A DNA stretch of 26,677 bases, taken from assembly GCA_030598125.1 (NCBI GenBank), contig JAUVQN010000001.1, positions 1 to 26,677 on the forward strand. The letters run 5' to 3'. The notes beneath the pieces were generated by a model. The model had not been told where the DNA came from, did no database searches, and saw nothing but the letters and a program-made list of their open reading frames with translations. Source of the DNA: Coriobacteriia bacterium (GTDB lineage Bacteria > Actinomycetota > Coriobacteriia > Anaerosomatales > JAUVQN01). The translations under genes and the position numbers were made by a program. Below are positions 19,050 through 25,829 of the stretch, piece after piece (the first letter of the stretch is position 1; each line of letters starts with the position of its first letter).

Positions 19050-19058
19050 TGCTAGACT
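19050..19058 (+). promoter_or_regulatory. Extended -10 promoter for the glmS leader
   Basis: TG-c-TAGACT at 19050-19058, about 80 nt upstream of the ribozyme cleavage site. There is no good -35 hexamer at a 17-nt spacing. Confidence 0.6.
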
Positions 19059-19139
19059 TGGGTCGCGGGCGAGGTGTTCGCTCGCACGACACGCGCTCGG
19101 TCCGAGGGAGGTGGCACGCAGGCGAACACGGCACCGCCA

Positions 19140-19297
19140 AGCGCCAGGACTGGCGTCACGGTCTCACGGGCCGGGCCCCAGTCGACGAGGCGGAGACTTA
19201 TCGAGGATTCGGCGGATGGTCTCCCGGCGAGCTGGAGTCGAGAGGTTGCGGCAAATCCCACGGGTGACCGCGGGGACAAATCCGACGACCGCCCAGC
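19140..19297 (+). ncRNA. glmS glucosamine-6-phosphate-activated ribozyme/riboswitch
   Basis: A^GCGCC cleavage motif (A19140/G19141) and core GACGAGG and TTATCGA..TTCGGCGGATG. Helices: P1 GACTGG/CCAGTC, P2 GGAGAC/GTCTCC, P3 CGGC/GTCG, P3.1 pseudoknot GCTGG/CCAGC, and P4 with a CAAA...ACAAA internal loop and GTGA tetraloop. It lies directly upstream of glmS. Confidence 0.95.
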
Positions 19298-19405
19298 GAA
19301 TCCGATCGCGCACGCGGCGACGCGCCGGTTCGGGGGCACGCGTGCCCCGGGGTGAGTCGTGCCCGACCAGGATGAGACCCCTTCCAGGACAGGAGGACCC
19401 GATAC

Positions 19406-21232
19406 ATGTGCGGCATCGTGGGATACGTCGGACGGGACAGAGCGGCTGATGTCCTGCTGAGCGGGCTAGCGAGCCTCGAGTATCGCGGCTACGACTCGGC
19501 CGGTCTCGCCATCATATGCGACGACCACGTGGACGTGACCAGGGCCGTCGGCAAGCTCGTGAACCTGCGCACCGTCGTCGAGGCGGCCCCGCCCGATGGG
19601 ACCACGGGCATCGGTCACACGAGGTGGGCGACGCACGGCCCGCCCACGGAGGACAACGCGCACCCCCACAAGGATTGCAGCGGCGACCTCGCCCTCGTGC
19701 ACAATGGCATCATCGAGAACTTCGTCGAGCTCAGGGAAGAACTCGTGGGAGCGGGGCACGACGTGCTCTCGGATACGGACACGGAGATCGTCGCGCACCT
19801 CATCGAAGCGTCGTACGAGGGGGACCTCACCGCCGCGGTCCGGGCCGCGATCGAGCGGCTGGACGGTTCGTACGCGCTGGCCGTCGTCCATCGGGCGCAT
19901 CCGGGGACCATCGTCGCCGCGCGCAAGGACTCGCCGCTCATCGTGGGGGTAGGAGACGGCGAGATGCTCGTCGCGAGCGACATCCCCGCGGTCCTCAAGC
20001 GCACGCGCGATGTGATGGTCATCGAGGATGAAGAGATCGTCACGGTCACGGCGAGCGGGGCCGACCTCACCGGTCTGGATGGCGAACCGCGCCCCGACAG
20101 GAGGATGCGCGTCGACTGGGATGTCGATGCCGCCGAGAAGGGCGGCTACGAGACGTTCATGCTCAAGGAGATCCACGAGCAGCCGGCCGCGATCCAGAAC
20201 ACGCTCAGGGGCCGGATGACGTCCGACGGGACGATCCAGCTCTCGGAGCTGGACATGTCCCCCGAGGAGGTCGCCGCCGTACGGCGGGTGCTCATCGTCG
20301 CTTGCGGCACGTCGTACCATGCCGGACTCGTGGCGAAGCGCCTCATCGAGGGATGGGCGAGGATCCCGGTCGAGGTCGACGTGTCGAGCGAGTTCCGCTA
20401 CCGGGACCCGATCTTGGACGAGGATACCCTCGTCGTCGCGATCTCCCAGTCCGGAGAGACGACGGACACTCTGGCCGGCGTTCGTGAGGCGCGGGCGCGC
20501 GGCGCCCGCGTGATCGCCATCTCGAACGTCGTCGGCAGCAGCATCACGCGCGAGGCCGACGGGGTCGTGTACACGCACGCGGGTCTCGAGATCGGTGTCG
20601 CGGCGACGAAGACCTTCACCGCGCAGATCGCGACCACGTACGTGCTCGCGCTCCATCTCGCGCAGGCGAAAGGCACCATGAGCCGCGACGAGGTCGCACG
20701 TGTGTGGGCGGAGTTGGAGAAGGTGCCCTCCATGGTCCAGCGCATCCTGGACGACGCGGACTCCATCGCCGAGTGCGCCGCGCAGTACACGGCCCGCCAC
20801 TCCTCGCTCTTCTTGGGGCGCGGCATCGGCGTGCCCGTGGCGATGGAGGGCGCGCTGAAGCTCAAGGAGATCAGCTACATCCATGCGGAGGCGCATCCGG
20901 CGGGCGAGATGAAGCACGGCCCGATCGCGCTCATCACCGATCACGTCCCGGTCGTCTTCGTCGCCACACAGGGGCGCACGTACGAGAAGGTCGTGTCCAA
21001 CATCCAGGAGGTGCGGGCAAGAGAGGGCGAGGTCATCGCGGTCGCCTCCGAGGGCGATGAAGAGATAGCGAAGCACGCCGACCATGTGCTCACGGTCCCA
21101 CTGACCAGCGAGGAACTGTCGCCGATCCCGGCGGTCGTTCCGCTGCAGCTGCTCGCCTATCACATCGCGACGTTGCGCGGCTGCAACGTCGATCAACCGC
21201 GCAACCTCGCGAAGTCGGTGACGGTGGAGTGA
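19406..21232 (+). CDS. glmS: Glutamine--fructose-6-phosphate aminotransferase (isomerizing)
   Basis: N-terminal MCGIVG, LEYRGYDSAG, GHTRWATHG, HNGIIENF, SQSGETTDT, LKLKEISYIHAE and DQPRNLAKSVTVE. Confidence 0.99.
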   Translation: MCGIVGYVGRDRAADVLLSGLASLEYRGYDSAGLAIICDDHVDVTRAVGKLVNLRTVVEAAPPDGTTGIGHTRWATHGPPTEDNAHPHKDCSGDLALVHNGIIENFVELREELVGAGHDVLSDTDTEIVAHLIEASYEGDLTAAVRAAIERLDGSYALAVVHRAHPGTIVAARKDSPLIVGVGDGEMLVASDIPAVLKRTRDVMVIEDEEIVTVTASGADLTGLDGEPRPDRRMRVDWDVDAAEKGGYETFMLKEIHEQPAAIQNTLRGRMTSDGTIQLSELDMSPEEVAAVRRVLIVACGTSYHAGLVAKRLIEGWARIPVEVDVSSEFRYRDPILDEDTLVVAISQSGETTDTLAGVREARARGARVIAISNVVGSSITREADGVVYTHAGLEIGVAATKTFTAQIATTYVLALHLAQAKGTMSRDEVARVWAELEKVPSMVQRILDDADSIAECAAQYTARHSSLFLGRGIGVPVAMEGALKLKEISYIHAEAHPAGEMKHGPIALITDHVPVVFVATQGRTYEKVVSNIQEVRAREGEVIAVASEGDEEIAKHADHVLTVPLTSEELSPIPAVVPLQLLAYHIATLRGCNVDQPRNLAKSVTVE

Positions 21233-21245
21233 CTGGAGGGACCGC

Positions 21246-21797
21246 ATGATCCACGGTCTGGGCGTCGACATCGTCGAGATCCAGCGCATGCGAGAGGCGC
21301 TCGAGCGTCGACCGCGTATCAAGGAGCGCTGCTTCTCCGAGGAGGAGCGCTCCTACTGCGACGCACGGAGCCGGCCCGAGATCCACTACGCCACACGGTT
21401 CGCGGCGAAGGAAGCCATTCTGAAGGCCCTCGGCACGGGGTTCGGCGGCATGCGCTTCACGGACGTCGGTGTCGCGCGTGACGAGCGCGGTCGGCCGCAC
21501 CCGGTCCTGTCCGGTCGCGCTGCGGCGTTCGTCCAGGAACTCGGGGTGAGCGAGCTGCACGTATCGCTCTCCTACACACACGTGACCGCGGTCGCATCGG
21601 CGGTCGCTATCGTCCCCGATCCACCGGCCGACGCGGAGCTCACGCAGCAGGAGCTCCTGTCCGCGAGCTTCAAGGACGCGCGGGTCGTGCTCGACGACCT
21701 CGCGCCGGGATCGGACGCGGAGGGCGACGAGAGGGGCGGAGGCGTCGCTGGGGACGAACACGAGAGCGACGTCTTCGAGGACGACGAGGAGTCCTGA
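21246..21797 (+). CDS. acpS: Holo-[acyl-carrier-protein] synthase with a C-terminal extension of about 60 aa
   Basis: GLGVDIVEI.R, FSEEE..YC, RFAAKEAILKALGTG, GRP and SLSYTH..AVA.A. Confidence 0.95.
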   Translation: MIHGLGVDIVEIQRMREALERRPRIKERCFSEEERSYCDARSRPEIHYATRFAAKEAILKALGTGFGGMRFTDVGVARDERGRPHPVLSGRAAAFVQELGVSELHVSLSYTHVTAVASAVAIVPDPPADAELTQQELLSASFKDARVVLDDLAPGSDAEGDERGGGVAGDEHESDVFEDDEES

Positions 21798-21837
21798 GGC
21801 GCGGCCGGTCGAAGAGCGGCGACTGCGGGGGTGTGAG

Positions 21838-23424
21838 ATGCGACTGGCGCTGACGGCGGAGCAGACCCGGACGCTCGAGGCTGCGGCCATGGAGTCACAC
21901 GGCCTCTCGGTGGATGGCCTCATGGCGCTCGTCGGCCAGGCGGTGGCTGAGGAGTCCGCTCGGATCGCCCCGGCCGGGCGGATCGTCGTGGTGGCCGGCA
22001 AGGGGAACAACGGCGGTGACGGCTGGGCAGCCGCCCGCGAGCTCGCGACGGCGGGACGCGACGTTGAGGTGCTCACGCTCGTGGCCCCCGAGGAGCTCGA
22101 GGGTGCGGCCGGGCAGGCGTTCGAGGGAGCGACTGCACAAGGGGTCGAGTGGCGCGCGGTGGACTCCGCCGCGATGCTTGCGGTGACGCTCGCTGAGGCG
22201 TCCCTCATCGTCGACTCGGTGTTCGGCTTCGGCGTGGCCGGCGCCGTCAGAGAGCCGTTCGCTTCCGCCATCGACGTCCTGAACGACGCGGACGCACCCG
22301 TGCTGGCGATCGATCTCCCGTCCGGGGTGGAGTCGGACACCGGCCGGGCGGAAGGAGCCGCGGTCGTCGCGGACGTGACGCTCGCGGTGATGTCGGAGAA
22401 GGTCGGTCACGTGCTCCATCCAGGCGCGGCGCTCTCCGGAGAGGTCCTGGTCGCTGACCTCGGACTGCGAGGCGACGTCGACGGCTCAGGGAGCGAGGGA
22501 CCGACCGCGCCCGCGGCGCTCCCAGGGACGCCGCTCGAGGTATGGTCGCCGGACGAGTACGCGGAGGTCCTGCCCGTCATGGCCCCCGACGAGCACAAGG
22601 GATCGAGGGGACGGCTCGTCATCGTCGGCGGCTCTGAGGGCATGACAGGTTCGGTGAGCCTCGCCGCCGCCGCCGCTCTGAGGTCCGGGGCGGGATACGT
22701 GCTCGCCGCCGTACCGGCATCTCTGGTGGACGTGATCGATGCCGGGGTCGTGCCGGCGGTCGTCAGGCCACTGGCGGAGACCGCCGAGCGTGCGGTGGCG
22801 CCCGAGGCTGTGTCGCGCGTGCTCGAGCTGGCCCACGGCGCGGACGCCGTCGTCGTGGGTCCTGGTCTCACCACCGCCGGCGGGGCGACCGACGTGGTGC
22901 GGGCCCTGGTCGAGTCGTATCGCGGTGCGCTCGTGCTGGATGCGGACGCGTTGAACGTGCTCGCGGGACTCGGTGCCGACGCGCTCTCCGTGCGGAGCGG
23001 TCCCCCGGTGATCACGCCGCATCCCGGGGAAGCGGCCCGGCTGCTCGGGTGCGAGACCTCCGACGTGCAGGGCGATCGCGTGGGCTCTGCGGCCCGTCTC
23101 GCGGAGTCCGGCGCCGTGTGCGTGCTGAAGGGTGCGCGCAGCATCGTGGCGGGCGACGGCAGGCGGCTCGTGAACCTCACGGGCAACCCGGGCATGGCGA
23201 CGCTGGGGAGCGGTGATGTGCTGGCCGGAGTGCTCGGCGCCCTGCTCGCTCAGGGGATGTCGACCCTGGAAGCGACCGCGCTCGCGGCGCACATCCACGG
23301 ACTGGCGGGCGACATCGCCGCAGCCGGACTGACGCCGCCGGGGATGCACGCCGGCGACATCGTCGACGCACTCCCGTTCGCGTTCGCGGGGCTTCTGGAC
23401 ACCCTCGGAGGGGATGCTCTCTAA
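21838..23424 (+). CDS. nnr: Bifunctional NAD(P)H-hydrate epimerase/dehydratase (YjeF/Nnr)
   Basis: Epimerase motifs GKGNNGGDG and IDLPSG. Dehydratase motifs HKGSRG, VVGPGL, LDADAL, TPHPGEAARLLG and GNPGMAT.GSGDVLAG. Confidence 0.95.
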   Translation: MRLALTAEQTRTLEAAAMESHGLSVDGLMALVGQAVAEESARIAPAGRIVVVAGKGNNGGDGWAAARELATAGRDVEVLTLVAPEELEGAAGQAFEGATAQGVEWRAVDSAAMLAVTLAEASLIVDSVFGFGVAGAVREPFASAIDVLNDADAPVLAIDLPSGVESDTGRAEGAAVVADVTLAVMSEKVGHVLHPGAALSGEVLVADLGLRGDVDGSGSEGPTAPAALPGTPLEVWSPDEYAEVLPVMAPDEHKGSRGRLVIVGGSEGMTGSVSLAAAAALRSGAGYVLAAVPASLVDVIDAGVVPAVVRPLAETAERAVAPEAVSRVLELAHGADAVVVGPGLTTAGGATDVVRALVESYRGALVLDADALNVLAGLGADALSVRSGPPVITPHPGEAARLLGCETSDVQGDRVGSAARLAESGAVCVLKGARSIVAGDGRRLVNLTGNPGMATLGSGDVLAGVLGALLAQGMSTLEATALAAHIHGLAGDIAAAGLTPPGMHAGDIVDALPFAFAGLLDTLGGDAL

Positions 23425-23521
23425 TAGGAGCCTGATGGGAGTCCCGCGCGAGCTCTGCGTCGGGGACGTGCGTGCAGTCGGGATCCGACCGGCGGGAGCC
23501 GGCAGCGAGGGAGTGAGTGCG

Positions 23522-23983
23522 ATGGCTACGCAGACCGCCCAGGACGTGATGACCGCCGACCCCGTGACGATCGCGGCGGACGCGGAGGTCAAGGAAGCGG
23601 CGCACGTGATGACGGAGCGCCGCATCGGCGCGCTCCCGGTCCTGGACGGCGACCAGCTTGTCGGCCTCGTCACCGAGGGTGACCTCATCATGCAGGACGT
23701 CAAGGTCGAGTTCCCGACGTACATACACCTTCTGGGCGGCTTCATCACCTACCCTCCGTCCACGTCGAAGTTCGAGACGGAGCTCAAGAAGGCGGTGGGC
23801 GCCACGGTGGGTGACGTGATGACGACGGACGTCGTCACGGTCGAGGTGGGGGCCTCGGTGGAGGACGTCGCCACCCTCATGGTCGATCGCGACGTGAGCA
23901 GGGTCCCCGTCATGGACGGTGAGCGCCTCGTCGGTATCGTCTCGAAGTCCGACATCGTCCGGTCGCTCGCCTCGGAGGAGTGA
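23522..23983 (+). CDS. Tandem CBS-domain protein (153 aa)
   Basis: ATG at 23522 follows a GAGGGAG SD. Two CBS repeats (AQDVMT.DPVT...LPVLDGDQLVGLVTEGDL and VGDVMT.DVVTV...VPVMDGERLVGIVSKSDI) flank an inserted segment. Confidence 0.9.
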   Translation: MATQTAQDVMTADPVTIAADAEVKEAAHVMTERRIGALPVLDGDQLVGLVTEGDLIMQDVKVEFPTYIHLLGGFITYPPSTSKFETELKKAVGATVGDVMTTDVVTVEVGASVEDVATLMVDRDVSRVPVMDGERLVGIVSKSDIVRSLASEE

Positions 23984-23984
23984 C

Positions 23985-25103
23985 GTGATCGAGCGTCGCC
24001 CGGCACATGTCGAGGTGTCGCTCGGCGCGATCGCCTCGAACGTCCGCGCGCTCAGGGGGCTCCTATCGCCGGGCTGCCGGTTCATGGCGGTCGTCAAGGC
24101 GGATGGCTACGGGCACGGTGCGCCCGAGGTCGCGCGGACGGCGATGGCGGCAGGCGCCGACTCGCTCGCCGTCGCCACCAGCGACGAGGGCGCGCAGCTC
24201 AGGGCCGCCGGCATCACGGCTCCGATCCTCCTTCTGTCTGAGCCGCCGGTGGGCGCCGCCGCCGACGCGGTCGCCGAGGGACTGACTCCCACGATCTTCA
24301 CGCGCGAGTGTGCCGTCGATCTCTCCGAAGCGGCCCGGGAGGCAGAGCGGGTCGTGGGGTTCCACCTCAAGGTCGACACGGGGATGAACCGGATCGGCGT
24401 CGCCGCCGACGATGTGGTCCATCTCCTGTTGAGCTTGCGCGGTCTGCCGGGACTCGCGCTGGAGGGCGCCTTCACGCACTTCGCCACGGCGGACGTGGTC
24501 GGCGACTGGGACCTCGAGCGCCAGGCGGCACGCTTCGAGGAGACGCTCGAGAACATGCGGGCGGCAGGATTCGAACCGGGCGTCGTGCACGCCGCGAACA
24601 GCGCGGCGACCGTGCTGGCGCCGAGGACCCACTACGACATGGTGCGCTGCGGCATCGCCGTGTATGGGCTCCACCCGGCCGACTCGACCAAGGGCCGCAT
24701 CGAGCTCGAGGCGGCGATGCGGGTCAAGGCGCAGGTCTCGCAGGTGAAGCGCGTGCCGATGGGGGAGGGCGTCTCGTACGGATTCACGTGGCGCGCCTCC
24801 AAGCCCACGACCGTCGCGACGCTGCCCCTCGGCTACGGGGACGGCGTGCATCGCCTGCTCTCGAACGAGATGCGCGTGCTGCTCGGGGGTCGCGAATGCG
24901 AGCAGATCGGTACGATCTGCATGGACGCGCTCATGGTCGAGGTCCCCGACGGCCTCGACGTGTCGCTCGGCGACGAGGCGGTGATCGTGGGCACGCAGGG
25001 GAGCGCCGAGCTGACGCTCGACGAGCTCGCGGCTCGCGCAAGCACCATCAACTACGAGCTCGCCTGCGCGTTCGGGATGCGGCTGGCGCGCACACACGTC
25101 TGA
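23985..25103 (+). CDS. alr: Alanine racemase (372 aa, GTG start)
   Basis: PLP-lysine motif AVVKADGYGHG, HLKVDTGMNRIG, THFATAD, HAANSAA, VRCGIAVYG, GYGDG and GTICMD. Confidence 0.98.
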   Translation: MIERRPAHVEVSLGAIASNVRALRGLLSPGCRFMAVVKADGYGHGAPEVARTAMAAGADSLAVATSDEGAQLRAAGITAPILLLSEPPVGAAADAVAEGLTPTIFTRECAVDLSEAAREAERVVGFHLKVDTGMNRIGVAADDVVHLLLSLRGLPGLALEGAFTHFATADVVGDWDLERQAARFEETLENMRAAGFEPGVVHAANSAATVLAPRTHYDMVRCGIAVYGLHPADSTKGRIELEAAMRVKAQVSQVKRVPMGEGVSYGFTWRASKPTTVATLPLGYGDGVHRLLSNEMRVLLGGRECEQIGTICMDALMVEVPDGLDVSLGDEAVIVGTQGSAELTLDELAARASTINYELACAFGMRLARTHV

Positions 25104-25302
25104 GCGGTATCGTTATCCGTGAGCGATCTCGCCGAGGTGCGCGACACTCGCGGGCGCGGGGATGAAACCTGAAAACGTCTGAGCGCACGTTTCGGCAGGA
25201 ATCAAGGGGGACGCGCCGAAAGAACCCGTCGAGAGCTTGGGCCGGGACCTAGCCCGCAAGGATCGACCGACCGACAAGGACACCGGAGCGCCTCGTGTCT
25301 CG

Positions 25303-25317
25303 TGGCACTCTCGATGC
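25303..25317 (+). promoter_or_regulatory. Candidate sigma54 (-24/-12) promoter upstream of the A/V-type ATPase genes
   Basis: TGGCAC-TCTCG-ATGC versus the consensus TGGCAC-N5-TTGC, with exact GG-N10-GC spacing. Confidence 0.4.
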
Positions 25318-25381
25318 CCAGAGAGAGCGGGTCTCGGTCTCGTTACGCGTGACGGGTCGTTGCAGTTGGGGGTAGACGCGC

Positions 25382-25780
25382 TTGGAGGACACACGCCTCG
25401 AGGGCACCGATATCGAGAACCTCGATCTCGAGGATCTCGAGTTCAAGCAGGACTTCATCGAGAAGGATTCCGACTCCCCCCTCCATCTCATCCGAGAGAA
25501 GGAGATGGAGATATCGGGACGCGTGCTCAAAGTGCGCAAGGAGGCCGAGGAGATAGTGGCCGATGCGCGCCGGAAGGCCACCGAGGTCGTTGGCGCGGCC
25601 GAGAAGGAGGCTGACGCCCTCGCCGGCGCGCGAAAGACGGAGATTGCGAGCGAGGCGGAGCGCGAGTCCGGAGACATCAGAGACCGGTCGGCGGCCGAGC
25701 AGGCGGAGATGGAGAAGGCCGCGCAGTCGCGTCGCGATGACGCGGTCGCGGCCGTGATCCGCATGGTCACGGAGGTGTGA
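25382..25780 (+). CDS. A/V-type ATP synthase peripheral-stalk subunit H/G-like protein (TTG start, exact start uncertain)
   Basis: Charged A/E/K/R-rich coiled-coil pattern (EAEEIVADARRKA.E....AEKEA) with a terminal AVAAVIRMV helix. It is the first gene before subunit I, as in archaeal and Thermus operons. Confidence 0.7.
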   Translation: MEDTRLEGTDIENLDLEDLEFKQDFIEKDSDSPLHLIREKEMEISGRVLKVRKEAEEIVADARRKATEVVGAAEKEADALAGARKTEIASEAERESGDIRDRSAAEQAEMEKAAQSRRDDAVAAVIRMVTEV

Positions 25781-25802
25781 CGCGGGCTCGCGAGCCCGCG
25801 TC
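25779..25802. repeat. 24-bp perfect palindrome, a possible terminator or attenuator hairpin between ATPase subunits H and I
   Basis: GACGCGGGCTCG|CGAGCCCGCGTC is its own reverse complement and is followed by TCTCTTCGTT. Confidence 0.75.
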
Positions 25803-25829
25803 TCTCTTCGTTCGGGGAGGTGATCGCAG

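Noticed and set aside
19016-19449. Small ORFs in the glmM-glmS spacer, considered as a leader peptide or small protein
   Set aside because: The region is explained by a promoter and the glmS ribozyme, and the peptides have no recognisable features.
683-23985. Upstream-extended starts in the ORF track (683, 4478, 5465, 6556, 13142, 14804, 14898, 16728, 23414, 23919)
   Set aside because: The extensions overlap neighbouring genes or leaders and have no homology signal. Downstream starts with SD sequences match the known protein N-termini.
25163-25191. TGAAAC...CGTT as an ECF-sigma promoter
   Set aside because: The spacer is 19 nt, rather than the roughly 16 nt expected for TGAAAC-type ECF promoters.
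25104-25381. Possible riboswitch or ribozyme (c-di-AMP, Na+/Li+-type, glycine, fluoride, hammerhead) before the ATPase genes
   Set aside because: I could not find the conserved cores of these families by eye, only short isolated stems. An Rfam cmscan would be decisive.
25237-25614. Plus-strand 125-aa ORF overlapping the ATPase leader and subunit H
   Set aside because: It is out of frame with the recognisable subunit H, has an R/G/P-rich shadow composition, and shows no motif.
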